A stretch of 64,000 nucleotides of DNA, from assembly GCA_951406725.2 (NCBI GenBank), contig OX597834.1, forward strand, positions 19,468,001 through 19,532,000, written 5' to 3'. This DNA is from Octopus vulgaris (Eukaryota). The notes under the pieces were generated by a model. That model was not told where the DNA came from. It ran no database searches and worked only from the letters and a program-made list of their open reading frames with translations. The stretch's first letter is position 1, and every line of letters begins with the position of its first letter. This document shows positions 13,440 through 26,985 of this stretch, one piece after another. The position numbers were made by a program, and so were the translations under genes.

Positions 13440-14100
13440 AGGAGGAGGATGAGGAGGAGAAGGAGGAGTTGGTTATAGGCAAAGTCAGGAGAAGGAAAGG
13501 GGGACAGAGAGAGAGAGAGAGAAAGTGAGTGTGAGGGAGGGTGAGAGAAAGTGAATGCAGGAGAGAGAGAGAGTGTGAAAGAGAGAGAGAGTGAGAAAGA
13601 GACAGAGAGAGAAAGTGGGTGAAAGAGATAGAGACAGAAAATTAGAGGAAGAGGAGAAAGGGACAGACACATATGGAGAGAAAGAGAGAGGGGAAGACAG
13701 AAAGAAAGGGAATGTGAGAGAGAATGAGAGAAAGTGAAAGTCGGAGAGAGAAAGTGAAAGTAGGAGAGAGAAAGAGAGAGCGAGAGAGACAGACAGAAAA
13801 TTAGAGGAGAAGGAAAGAGACACATACACACACACATACAGAGAGAAAGAGAGAGGGAGAAGGCAGAGAGAAAGTGAATGTGAGAGAGAATGAGAGAAAG
13901 TGAAGGCAGGAGAGAGAGAGAGAGTAAGAGACAAAGTGGATGAAAGGGAGAGACACAGAAATTTAGAGGAGGAGGAGGAGAGGGAGACACAGATGCACAC
14001 ATATATCGAGAGTGAGAAAGTGGGAGGGAGATAGATTGAATGGAGAGGGGTGAAGGAAGAAGAGTGTGAGGTGAAGAGAAGACGGAGCAGAAAATTAGCG
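13440..14100. repeat. purine-rich tract with a cryptic ~160-bp higher-order repeat
   Basis: Landmark cagaaa(a/t)ttag at 13635, 13794, 13956 and 14088. Confidence 0.65.
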
Positions 14101-14244
14101 AAAGAATCGCAAATATGAAATTATGTTTTAATGGTTTTTGTGTTTCTGACAATGAAGAAAGAAGAAGAAGGGAAAGAAATGGTGAGGTGATAAGGGAAAG
14201 AAATTAACTACCCAGAGATATAAATGGGGAACTGTAGGATGGAT

Positions 14245-15059
<815 letters not shown>

Positions 15060-15108
15060 GTGTGTAGTTACTATTGTCAGGGTTTTGATAAAGATAAGAA
15101 TAATGTTG

Positions 15109-15224
15109 GGTGTGTTTTGTTTATTTTTTTCATAATTTATTTTTTTTTTAAAGAATATTTTAATATTTAATGTTTTGCTTCCATTAATCTGATTCCTCAC
15201 TTTGGCACCAGTCCACACTTTTGT
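15109..15224 (+). repeat. ~115-bp unique segment duplicated at 17461-17571
   Basis: Near-identical direct repeat differing mainly in T-run length. Confidence 0.9.
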
Positions 15225-15504
15225 AGCTAAAAAGAAATAGAGAATTGAATTTATTCCCCCCACCCCCCAGCCATTTCCTGGCTGACCCTTTATTGGTTCT
15301 CAGAGGAAATAAACGGTAAAAGTTCATCACAGATAGCATTTGAATTCACACAATGAAGGAGTCCTGGCAGAATAGTGCAATACATCCCTTCTGATTCTTC
15401 ACTATTTCCGCGTCTTCCGCTATCTTTAATTAACCATTGATACATGCTGAACTAATGAGCAAAAAACTCTGCTAGATATAGCAGCCAAGCTAAATATCCC
15501 TTAA

Positions 15505-15725
15505 CCCTTTCGTTACTGTATTTATTTTGAGATGCTCTGTATTTCTTTCAAATACTTTACATATAACAGAGAATTTAGTCAAATAACTTAGTTATCATTA
15601 AGCTAGTGTTAGGAACATTAATTGTGACTAAGGTTTGGTGGAAGATTTTAATTCAAAACTTATGAAAACAAGACATTTATACAACAGAGTCAGAGGTGGT
15701 TTCAGGCAGGTTGGTATCAAAAGGG
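15505..15725. mobile_element. piggyBac-type MITE
   Basis: TTAA|CCCTTTCGTTAC...GTATCAAAAGGG|TTAA. Confidence 0.85.
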
Positions 15726-15756
15726 TTAAGAATTGTTTCACTATTATATATTTTAA

Positions 15757-15976
15757 CCCTTTTGTTACTGTATTTATTTTGAGGTGCTCTGTGTTTCTTT
15801 CAAATACTTTAAATATAACAAAGAATTTAGTAAAATAATTTAGTTATCATTAAGCTAGTGTTAGGAACATAAATTGTGACTAAGGTTTGGTGGAAGATTT
15901 TAATTCAAAACTTATGAAAACAAGACATTTGTACTCAGATTCAGAGGCGGTTTCAGCTGAGTTGGTATCAAAAGGG
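15757..15976. mobile_element. piggyBac-type MITE (tandem second copy)
   Basis: TTAA|CCCTTTTGTTAC...GTATCAAAAGGG|TTAA, separated from the previous copy's TTAA by 23 bp. Confidence 0.85.
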
Positions 15977-16013
15977 TTAAATCACATGCTCCTGTTTTAA
16001 AAAATATAGCCCA

Positions 16014-16795
16014 GGAGCAAGTATGGCTGTGGTAAGATGTTTGCTTCTTAAGCACATGGTTCTGGGCTCTGTTCCACTGCATGGCACCTTGAGTAAGTGT
16101 CTTTTACTGGAACCCTGGGTCGATCAAAGCCTTGTAAGTGGATTTGATAGATGGAAACAGAAGGAAGCCCATTGTATGTATATGTGCATGTGTGTGTGTG
16201 TGCGTGTATGTGTGTGTGTGTCTTTTATCATTTACTTGTATCAGTCATTAGACTGCGACCATGTTGGGGCACTGCTTTGAAGAATTTTCAGTCAAATGAG
16301 TTAGCTCTAGCACTTATTTCTTTCTTTATAGCCTGGTACTTATTCTGTCAATCGTTTTTGCAGAACTACTAATTTGCAAGGATGTAAACACACCAACACT
16401 GGTTGTCAAGCAGACAAAAAGACACACACACACACACAAGATAAATATATCTCCTGTCTTTTACTAGTTTCAGTCATTTGTCTAAGGCACCACCTTTAGT
16501 TGAGCAAATGGACCTCAGGACTTATTCTTTGTAAGCCCAGTACTTATTAAGTCCCCATACTGCTATGTTACGGGGACATAAACACACCAGCATCAGTTGT
16601 CAAGCAATGTTGGGGAGACAAACACAGGCACACAAACATATACACACGCATACATGCTAAGCTAAATCCACTCACAAGGCTTTGGTCGTCCTGAGGCTAT
16701 AGTAGAAAACACTTGCCCAAGGTGCCACATTTTGGGACTGAACCCAGAACCATGTGGTTGGTAAGCAAGCTACTTACCACACAGCCACTCCTGCA

Positions 16796-16797
<2 letters not shown>
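16014..16797. mobile_element. cluster of SINE family A pieces: + head (16014-16172), - tail (16221-16440), - copy with internal deletions (16459-16797)
   Basis: Family A head and tail motifs in both orientations. Confidence 0.8.
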
Positions 16798-16833
<36 letters not shown>

Positions 16834-16836
16834 ATA

Positions 16837-17220
16837 CTAGCAGTATCGCCCGGCGTTGCTCAGGTTTGTAAGGGAAATAACTATAAAGCATTTTAAGAGA
16901 GTTATAACCAAAAAATAGCAAAAAAATGGAAAAAATGATGGTAAATTTTTTTTGAGATTTAAAAAAGGTGGAGTTGCGTCCCCTAGACAGTTTGTGGTTC
17001 ATGTTTCTGATTCTCGACCCCATGTCGAATTTATCGATTTTTTTTCAGAACTGGGGGAACTTTTCAAAATTTTCGCTGCGTTAGTTTTGAATTATGACAT
17101 TGGGCTATGTGTGTGTCAAGTTTCATCAGAATCGGTTGAAAGCCGTGGTCAGGGTGAGGGTACAAGCAAACAGACACACAGAAACATGCACAGACAAACT
17201 GCCGTTTATATATAGAGAGA
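16837..17220 (-). mobile_element. non-autonomous Helitron
   Basis: Minus strand starts A|TCTCTCTATATATAAA and ends with GC-rich hairpin cctgagcaacgccggg-cgatactg-CTAG|T; inserted between A and T with no TSD. Confidence 0.85.
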
Positions 17221-18578
17221 TATAAGATAGATAGATAGCTAGATATGTATGTGATGGTATTCTACACAGCATATATCTTCTAGTCTTCTGGAAAGCATTC
17301 AACAAACTGAGGCTATAAGGAGAAACACTTGGCCCTGTTGTTATTGTAGTAATTTCTTAGCTCACAGGTCAACTCCAATCTAGCATTTCTATCATTGAAG
17401 ATATTCCAGCCATGACCTTCGCTTTTGTTTAGGTTTATCTAGGTATATATTACCTCTCTAGGTGTGTTTTGTTTATTTTTTCATAATTTTTTTTTGAAAG
17501 AATATTTTAATATTTAATGTTTTGCTTCCATTAATCTGATTCCTCACTTTGGCACCAGTCCACACTTTTGTGCCTTATTTTTAAAGACAGTAGCAAATGA
17601 CTGGAAGCAATATTTGGCTGCTATTTCTTGCATGTTAATCAACCATATAAAAACTCGTTACTTTTATATCATACAGTTGCACTAAACAGTAGAATTTTCC
17701 ATTGCAAACCAATGTGTACCTTCCAAATTTTCAAGAATTTCCGACTATTTCATCCAGATGTAAATTTGCAGATTTTAGTGGAGATAATGTTTTTCATTAA
17801 GTTCGTCAGAAAACATGAAAGAAATGTCATTATTGTTTAATGTGTCAATATAATTAATTTATCTCAAATGATTAGTTTTCTTTCAATTACTTTCTGCCTT
17901 CTTAAATCTCAAAAGAATTTTCAAAAATGCTTTTATTTTCCTCATCCAAGCTTCCGTTTATTTTGTGTATTTTATTACCTTTCATCACATTTACATGAAA
18001 GAAATCACAGATCACTCTCGTTTCATTGGTCTATTGTTAACTTTATTCCGAGACATGAAAATGCCAAATATTGCTGTTGTTTCTCCGTTTTCTTTTAAAG
18101 ATTTATGTTCATAACTTCTGACTAAACTTTGCAACTACGCAATTTCATAAACTATTATGCGAAATAAAAATTCCTTTATTCCTCTCTCATTTTATTTTTT
18201 CCTCTTCAAACACTATAATGCTGTGCTCAGTTTTATCAAAGAGGAAGAAATCATAAAAATCCATGTAAAAATATGTGGAATGAGTGAGCTTACCAAACAT
18301 AGCGCGTAAAGTGATAATAACTAATATTAATTGTTATCTCCAAGAATTTCCATATCAAAGGAAAGTTTCAGCTTTGGTGATTAGTAATCAAGATGGAACA
18401 GTTCTAAAAGTATCTAAACACAAAAGTATTTATCAGGTTTTTGAAGGTTATCATCACAAATGGTTATTTATATACGTGAGTAGATTCGGAAGATAGAAAC
18501 CGAAAGAAGGCCCTTGTGTATATATGTATATACATTCATTTATATATATATATATATATATATGTATATTCATTCATT

Positions 18579-18609
<31 letters not shown>

Positions 18610-18720
18610 ACATATATATGTGTGTGTGTGTGTATACACAAATTAGATATATCAAATATATTGAAGATGGAAACTGAAAGAAGACCCTCATATATATACA
18701 TACATATATGCATACATACT

Positions 18721-18752
<32 letters not shown>

Positions 18753-18764
18753 CGTATATGTATG

Positions 18765-18807
<43 letters not shown>

Positions 18808-18824
18808 ATATATATATATGTATG

Positions 18825-18867
<43 letters not shown>

Positions 18868-18870
18868 GCA

Positions 18871-18901
<31 letters not shown>

Positions 18902-18957
18902 ATATATATATATGTATATATGTATATATATATGTATATATGTATATATATATTATA

Positions 18958-19092
18958 TTAAATTAGAGACAAAACCACTATTATGCAAATCAAACAAAGA
19001 AAGACTTAAGCCAATACATAAAATAATTTATAATTAAATTTAATTAAAATAACCACTACGATCGTTTCGTGTCAGCACTTCTATGAGACATA
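18958..19092 (-). mobile_element. PLE terminal fragment abutting (TA)n, with the 3' half of a hammerhead
   Basis: Minus strand TGTC...GACAC GAAAC GATC GTA (palindromic stem III ACGATCGT); CUGANGA half missing. Confidence 0.5.
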
Positions 19093-19929
19093 TTATTACT
19101 ATTATTACTTCTTTGCAAGTTTAAAACTTGTAGCTGATTTTCCCTTATTCAACAAGCCATGTATCTCCACTACAGCAAGATACTTGTGTCTGTCCTATCA
19201 ACGTCCCGTATAAAGCCACTTCCTTCTCTATCACATTATTTAGTTATGGATGGAATACTTGTGACTGATCATATGTCATCTGCTTCATCAGGGTCCACTT
19301 GGGGACAGCTAATTATATCCTACAGCTTCGGTTTAAGTGAAGGTTTAAGTCCATCTCTCAGCCATGGCTTAAATTTGTTAGTCTTAGACCAACGGTCACT
19401 GCTTACATATACCATTGTCAATAATGTGCATCTCTGTCTTGTCTTGCTTCCATCTTGCTCCACCCTCTTTCACCCACAACCATTATCCTCTCACTACCAC
19501 CCATCCTTGCATTACCACACAATTTCCAACCACTACCACCACCACTATCCACCCTCTCACTTCCACAATGACCCACTGAATCACCACCACCAACCAACAA
19601 CAACAGCAATGACAATGCCACCCCAAACCTCACCCCTACTGTCACCACAATCACCACTATCCAACCTGTCCCTACCAAACTTTGCATTTCATTCCCACCT
19701 TCTTGCCTTCACCCACCTTCTGACCCCCACCCATTTCACCACCAACACCATCCCCACCACCTCCAACCATTTCAACACCAGCCAGTAAGGAATTTCTCTG
19801 TTGACCTGCTAGAAATAGAAGCCCAGTTTTGTCCATCTCACCTATACTATTTGAACAAGGTGAGTTGGTCATGACAAAAATATCCGATCATATGCCTGTC
19901 CACTCAAGATCACCCTGGGGCTAAAACAA

Positions 19930-20700
19930 CAGTCACCGATCCTTTTGCCGCCCACACACAACCACTCTCCCACTACATCCTTCACCTGCTGCTCCCCCAC
20001 CAACCCTTTCATTGCTACCCACGATGAGCGTCCGTCCCTTCTCTCCCCCCACCCCCCGCCACCCACCCCCGCAGTGGTCTCAGATCCTTTCCAAATATTG
20101 CCGTCCCTTACGCAGCAATTTAGTATTAAACAACCGACCGCCAGAAATCCAATCACTTTGTTTTCTCTCCTTTCTTCCAACACCACCACATCACCCCCCC
20201 CCCCACCACACCACACCACACCACACCACACCATACTTGCTACCAGCATTAAACCATCACTTTTAACCATTAACTCAAACTCACTCGTAGTAATCCGTAA
20301 CGTTCCCCTTGGACATTCAAACACTGATATAGTTTTTAATTCACTGTACTACATTTCACCAAAGAATCAGGGTTCAGCAGCAGCACCAAAGCTAAAACGA
20401 ATTCCGTTTGATCCTCTGTTTACAGCTCTCCGTATCATGCTGGCACATTGTTTGCTATAACCATTCTTTTTCAGTTTGCATTGTATTTTGTCCCTGGCGG
20501 CAACGCTTTTTGTTAAGACTCGGTTACAACTAGTAGCTTTAGTAGTTTTAGTAGTCTTACGGTTGTTATTATTACTTTTGTTGTTGTTGTCGTTGTTGTT
20601 TGTTGCTGATTTGACAAGAATAACCGTCTTGGGATTTTGTCAGCACTTGTTGCTTTTGCCCATTTAATATAACGTTGTATATTTAAACAAGATAAGGTGA
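19930..20700 (+). promoter_or_regulatory. candidate promoter / non-coding first exon (CpG-retaining, C-rich)
   Basis: More than 20 CpGs in ~750 bp of non-TE sequence in an otherwise CpG-poor window, GC-box-like CCGCCC, C-tracts at 20045-20070, Inr-like TCAGTT at 20471, possible donor AAG|GTGAAC at 20696/20697. Confidence 0.3.
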
Positions 20701-21003
20701 ACATAATAATGATGATGTTGATGATGATGAGGATGATGATGATGATAATGATAATAACAATAATAATGATAGTAATGATAATAATATTAGTAATGATAAT
20801 AATAATAATAATAATAATGATGATGATAATAATAATAATAACAATTATAATAATGATAATAATAATAATAATATCAATAATGATAATAATAATGATGATA
20901 ATAATGATAATAATGATAATAATAATAATAATATTAATAACATTAATAATGATAATGATAACAACAATAATAATAATATTGATAATAACAATGATGATGA
21001 TGA

Positions 21004-21035
<32 letters not shown>

Positions 21036-21110
21036 ATAGTAGTAGTAGTAGTAGTAGTAGTAATAATAATGATAATAATAATGATGATAATAATAATAAT
21101 AATAATAATT
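20701..21110. repeat. (ATA/ATG/GTA)n trinucleotide microsatellite
   Basis: Visible. Confidence 0.95.
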
Positions 21111-21676
21111 CTTGGTACTCAATAGAACAGGGAATATCCAATGTAAAAATTCTCTGCAAACATAAAAACACTGGGAAATGAAATAAAACAAAAGAAAAAC
21201 AGAAAAATATAATAAAATATAATGATGAGATAAAAAAAAAAAAGCGATGTCAAACAATGTATATTGAATAAGACCTCATAAAATAAACGACAAAGAGAGT
21301 GAAACTTCTTTGAGTATAGATATTGGTTATTGATAAATGAAAGGAAATATGTGGTGATGGTGGTAGTGGCTGTGGTGGTGGTGGTGGTGGTGAGTGAAAT
21401 TACTGTCATGTATGAGAAATAGTAGAATAAGTTTCGTAATCTTTTGAATTTTAGCAAGAGTGAAAAATATGAGAAATTTTGGTTTATGGTAATAAGAGAA
21501 ATTACAAGAATGGTACATTTGGTTTTTTTGGTATCTTTTTAGTTATTCGTTCCGTGGCTGCATAAATTAATTGTCATTTTAGATGCTATGCAAAAGAATT
21601 ATTTTAAGATCCTGTGGGAATACACTTAATTCTTATTCTAAGTCAGCATTTCAGTTTTACTATTATTGTTGTTACA

Positions 21677-21713
<37 letters not shown>

Positions 21714-21722
21714 CATTATTAC

Positions 21723-21753
<31 letters not shown>

Positions 21754-21764
21754 GAGAATAATAT

Positions 21765-21980
21765 AGGCAGTGAGGTGGCAGAATTGTTACCACACCGGAC
21801 AAAATGGCTACTGGTATTTTGTCTGTCTTTGCATTATGAATACAGATTTCACCACAGTTGAATTTGTCTTTCATCCCACCGGAGTTGATAAAATAAGTCC
21901 ACTAGTAGAGGACAGGGATCGATGTAATCAACTTGCTCCTTCCTCCAGAATTGCTGGCCTTGTGCCAAAATTTGAAACCA
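21765..21980 (+). mobile_element. SINE family B relative, diverged, flanked by (ATT)n/(CAT)n
   Basis: ggcagtgaggtggcagaattgtta...ctttcatcc...gataaaataagt...ccttgtgccaaaatttgaaacc. Confidence 0.75.
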
Positions 21981-22014
21981 TTATCATCATCATCATCATC
22001 ATTATTATTATTGT

Positions 22015-22059
<45 letters not shown>

Positions 22060-22644
22060 CAGTAGTAGCAGCAGCAGCAGCAGCAGATACAGTTGTGTGA
22101 TTGGAAACCAAACTTATCAGCCACACACTTTTGACTTTATCCTTTTGTAATTAAAGTTATCAAAAACTAAGATGGTAATTTTTCATTCTGTTAACCTTAT
22201 TTTTAGAGTTTATATACTACCAACAATCTGTTTCAAGCAGTTTCACATTCATTCATCATAGTTTGTCATCGAAATATAATGTAAATACATACGCTACAGA
22301 TGTGATGGAGGTTGGGTTACAGAATCTGAATAATTATCCTCTTAATAGCAGTAATTCATTGTAGAACTTTTGACATTTAATTATAAAAAAAGACAGTGAA
22401 CAAATACATCATTTTGCCACAGTTTGCTTAAACAATGCATCCTTAAATTGTTGTTTATAAGATCTGTCTAATGGAAGTGTCAAATATATGGACAAGACTC
22501 ATTAAATATGCACACAGACATATATATTCATGATTGTTGTGTATCTCTATTTAAAATAACGAAGAAAAATAATCAAAATTTCAATTTAAGTATTTAATAT
22601 ATAGTATAGAGTGGATGTATTTATTTAAAACAGTAGAAGCCTTA

Positions 22645-22917
22645 GGCATGGCTGTGGGGTGAAGACATTCATTTATTACCATATGATCCTGGGTTCACTC
22701 CCACTGCATGGTACCTTTGGAAAGTGTCTTCAAACATATATATGTGTGTTTGTGTTTGTGTGTGTTTGTGGGTGTGTGATAAGAAGCTTGCTTCCCAACC
22801 ACAAAGCTCCAGGTTCAGTCTCACTGCATGGCACCTTGGTTGTTGTCTACTATAGCCTTGGGCTGACCAATGCCTTGTGATTGCATTTGGCAGACAGAAA
22901 CTGAAAGAAGCCTATCG

Positions 22918-22920
<3 letters not shown>
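22645..22920 (+). mobile_element. two SINE family A head fragments
   Basis: catggctgtg...gggttca.tcccactgcatgg motif twice; second ends gaaactgaaagaagcctatcg + (TA)n. Confidence 0.7.
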
Positions 22921-22946
<26 letters not shown>

Positions 22947-22948
<2 letters not shown>

Positions 22949-23257
22949 AGGCGCAATGGCCCAGTGGTTAGGGCAGCAGACTCACGGTTGTAGGATCGCG
23001 GTTTCGATTCCCAGACTGGGTATTGTGAGTGTTTATTGAGCGAAAACACTTAAAGCTCCACAAGGCTCCACCAGGGTGTGGTGGTTATCCCTGCTGTACT
23101 CTTTCGCTGCAACTTTCTCTCACTCTTTCTTCTGTTGGTCTGCTCGCTTAGCCAGCGGGGTGGCGTCATTTGAAGGCTAAAACAATGCAAAGCACATTGT
23201 GACCAGCGATGTGTAACAACATTTGATAAACTGGTCAGTCACGGTGATCATGGTGAT
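22947..23257 (+). mobile_element. tRNA-derived SINE family D inserted in (TA)n
   Basis: Box A tggcccagtgg and box B-like ggtttcgattccc; tail of acggtgatc-type repeats. Confidence 0.85.
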
Positions 23258-23720
23258 ATATATATATATATCCTCCTTTCCTTCCCCAATTAACCAAAGC
23301 CTTCCATGTGAATTTGGTAGACTGAAACTGAAGGAAGCCAATCGTATATATATATATATGTATGCATGTATGATTTTTTTGAATTTTATGTAAATTCTCC
23401 TAAAGAGAGTTCAAGCCAGTTGCTAAAAAAGCAACAAGACTTCCTTGTGTTAAGAGATTTCACAGTCTTTGTAAATATGTAGTTGAGTTGGTGTGTTGGT
23501 TGGTCTGTATGTATGTATGTGTGCATATATTTATGTACATATGTATGTGTGTATCTTTGAGTAATTATGTTTGTATGTATGTCTGTCAGTATATGTGTGT
23601 GTATTTGTATCTTTGTCTAGATATTGCCTTATACTCGTGAGCAAGTGTCACCATCATATAAGCAGAAATTTTACAGTAACATCAGTAAGGTCCATTGTTG
23701 TAACACTTATTGTGCTAAGG

Positions 23721-24033
23721 GTGAAGGGGCATGGCTTAGTGGTTAAGGTTATCTGCCTCACGATTGTAAGGTCAAGAGTCCAGTTCCTTGCAGAGTATTG
23801 TGCCCTTGACCAAAACTCTTTATTTCATATTGCTCCAGTTCACTGAGCTGGCAAAAATGTTTTGTAGCTGTATTTTAAAGGGCCCAACCTCGTCACATTC
23901 CATGTCACATTGAATCTCCCTGAGAACTGTGTTAAGAGTATGTGCGTCTGTGGAGTACTCAACCACTTGCATGTTAATTTCACGAGCAGGCTGTTCTGTT
24001 GATTGAATCAGCTGGAACCTCCATTGTCATAAC
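23721..24033 (+). mobile_element. tRNA-derived CORE-like SINE family E, diverged
   Basis: Head gtgaagg.gcatggctt.agtggtta and central ctttatttca..ttgctccagttcact.agctg shared with 41179-41522. Confidence 0.75.
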
Positions 24034-24034
24034 C

Positions 24035-24236
24035 TATTTCTTTACTACCCACAAGGGGCTAAACATAGAGGGGACAAACAAGTTCAGACAAACGGATTAA
24101 GTCGATTATATCGACCCCAGTGCGTAACTGGTACTCAATTTATCGACCCCGAAAGGATGAAAGGCAAAGTCAACCTTGACGGAATTTGAACTCAGAACGT
24201 AGCGACAAGCAAAATACTGGTAAGCATTTCGCCCGG
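24035..24236 (-). mobile_element. SINE family B, 5'-truncated
   Basis: tatttctttactacccacaagggg...atttgaactcagaacg. Confidence 0.9.
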
Positions 24237-24722
24237 TTCTGTGCTAAGGTTTTCTTGAATATGAAGTTCCTTTAAAAGCCAATGATTCTATTTTGAAATC
24301 TGTAGTACCCCGCTCCATCAGACAAGAAGGAGCAGGGCTAGGACCTACATATTAATCAACTTCCATTTATGTTTTTCAGTGTATCCGACAAGGCAGTGCC
24401 TCAAATATCCTCATCATCATTGTCATCATTATCATCATCTTAACATTCACTTTTTCACTCATGCATGAATCAAATGCAGTTCATTGAAGCAGATCCTTCA
24501 CAGTCAGATGCCTTTTCTCGTTCTGAAGCAGGGTTATATTACCCCATGGCCAGACACGTTGACATGGAAAAGGATTGAAAATGGACAACACCGATTGCAT
24601 GACATCCTTTAATAACGATAACATGATATTAAGAAAGGAAACACACATATGCATCATCCTTCTCCTCCTCATCGTCATCATCATCATCATCATCATCGTC
24701 ATCATCATCATCATCATCATCG

Positions 24723-24753
<31 letters not shown>

Positions 24754-25052
24754 ATCAGCTTCATTCAACATTCGTTTTTCATGCTGACATCCAAGCATCT
24801 TTCAGTTTTCATCTGCCGGATCTGCTAACAAGATTTCAGTTGAACCAAGGCTCAAGTAGAATAATATTCCAAAAATATCACGGAGGTTACATGCGACAAA
24901 GATACCTGTCAAATTTATGCCAAAAATGGATAACTAACAAAGAAAAAGCCATTGTACAAAATGCAGCGGTTTATCAGAAATTTAGGTAGAAAGGAAGGAA
25001 GGAAGAAGCGTATTTATGCTGTTCTGGAGATTTTAAGAATTACTAGTGTCAT

Positions 25053-25348
25053 CCAACCAAAATGCAGATATATGGGAAACTACCACCTGTGTCATCTCTT
25101 GTGAAAGATAGAAGAGTCCAGTTTGCTGGACATTGTTGTAGAGCTGAAAAAGAAGTAATTTCTACTCTTCTCCTCTGGAAGCCATCTACTCGCAATACCA
25201 GAGGTCGCACACTCTCCTACCCTGATGTAATCTCCAGGGATACAGGCATCCAGCAACAGGACCTCCGTAATGCCATGATGGACCGTGAAGTCTGGCGTAG
25301 CATGGTAAATTCCATTGTCTCGACCACGGTCGAACAATGATGATGATG
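25053..25348 (+). mobile_element. RTE-clade LINE 3' end (5'-truncated insertion)
   Basis: Open frame (H)PTKMQIYG...RRVQFAGHCCR...LLLWKP...GRTLSYPD...MMDREVWR typical of an RTE ORF C-terminus, (TGA)n tail, 8-bp TSD AGTGTCAT (25045-25052, 25349-25356). Confidence 0.9.
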
Positions 25349-26014
25349 AGTGTCATTCTCTCATTCTAAATGGGTTTTGAGTGGGTTTTAGTTATTGACG
25401 AGAGTCAACCAAATAACTATTGACAATTAACTATTGTCATTCTTTCATTTTTCAATGGGAGAATAAGTTGTGTCCAAATAAGGGGTCTATTAGTTATCAA
25501 AGAGAGGCAACTGTATAACTATTAATGTTTAATTCATATGAATGATGTATGCTAAAGGAAATATGAGGGAAATATGATAGAATTGAAATGAAACTGGACA
25601 GAGAAATAATTAGATCTTAACCATATCGTGATGCAAGATTACAAGACATTGGATATAATGTATCCCCGATTCATTTAATCCATCATAACATTGATAAATG
25701 GATATTATAAGCCAATTACGATGTTGATGATGATGATGGTGGTAGCAGTATTGAATCCATTTTGATGCTGATTTACTGATAGATAAATAAGCAAATATAT
25801 TCATAAAATATTGATTCATTGCATGATATCTGTTTAATTTGGATAATAATCTGACCTGGGATCTATGTAAACATCACTGTTTTTTTAGAAGAATCATATT
25901 TACCAATAATTAAGCAAACACATAGAAACAGACACAGGCTCTGATGTATTATTCATTTCTTTATGAAAATAATTAGTTTTGTTTACACCCCTTTGCATAT
26001 TCCTTTCTTTACAG

Positions 26015-26078
26015 TTGTTTCTCTCATCAAAACTGGTTCTCGTTTATTTCCATTCATAAAGAGTGGCCCACTGTCAAG
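26015..26078 (+). other. candidate 64-nt exon
   Basis: Acceptor tcctttctttacag| and donor AAG|GTCAGT in unique sequence; no recognisable protein. Confidence 0.2.
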
Positions 26079-26512
26079 GTCAGTCATTGTGTTTAGCAAT
26101 CAGTGTTTATAGTAACTATAAAACCATCCCGTGTTTGTTGTGATGTAAGATTCAGCTGATGGTATAGTCTGCTTTATTGATAAACAACAAAAATAATCAT
26201 TACAACGTCGTAATTGAATGGTAAGCATTAGAAGCCAGTCATCAATAACTACTAATACTCCACTGAGTTGTCTTCTCTCTTTGTATTCTCAATAAGCCAC
26301 CATAGCTGGCCACCACTACTGTTCTGAGATCATTGGTGATAAATGAAGCCTTCCGAAATAAACCGCATCCAATGCATTGCATCTCTCTCTTCCCTCCAAT
26401 AGCATTCACTGAATCATTTTACTCATTACTTTCACAAAGATGAATTTCTTTGAAACGAAACTCTTTTCCCAAACTGAACTTCTCTGCAATTAGTAAATGA
26501 CAGTAATTCAAA

Positions 26513-26985
26513 TTAACCCTTTTAGTACCAATAACCATGAGACTCTCTCTAATTTTATGACACAGGAACCACTTATTTTTATTAAGTTATACACATTTAA
26601 ATTAAAACTTCCTACCATAATTTTATTTAAATGAAACACCTTTTGAATCATGTTTCAAATGCTGGCTGATTACATTAAAGAAAGAGGTTAATTATATTAT
26701 TAAACCACACTAAATTTTTATTTTCTAAATTAATTGCAATGTAGACAGTGTTTTATAATATATTTGGTCTCAAAGTGTTTAACCCTTTTGACAGCAACTC
26801 GCCTGAAACTACACTTTGTTTTAAAGTGATCTAAAGCAAAACCTTCCATCAAAATCTCATATTAATTCATATTTCAAACACCAGTTCCATAATGACAAAT
26901 TTATTCTAATACATACATCAATATCTTCAAAATTTATCGATGCAAAGGCATTTCAATATAAATATAGTAATAAAAGGACGTTAAT
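26513..26985. mobile_element. two tandem old TTAA-type MITEs (reverse orientation to the 8061 family)
   Basis: ttaaccctt starts at ~26513 and ~26779; interiors resemble the reverse complement of the 7161-8420 units. Confidence 0.55.

Noticed and set aside
19275-19295. CTGATGAAG on the minus strand as another hammerhead; also a decayed candidate near 32280-32305
   Set aside because: No correctly placed GAAA and stems, or the core is too degenerate
22947-23020. tRNA-like sequences (also 38029, 41522, 57652)
   Set aside because: They are SINE heads continuing into family bodies, without a proper acceptor stem or terminator
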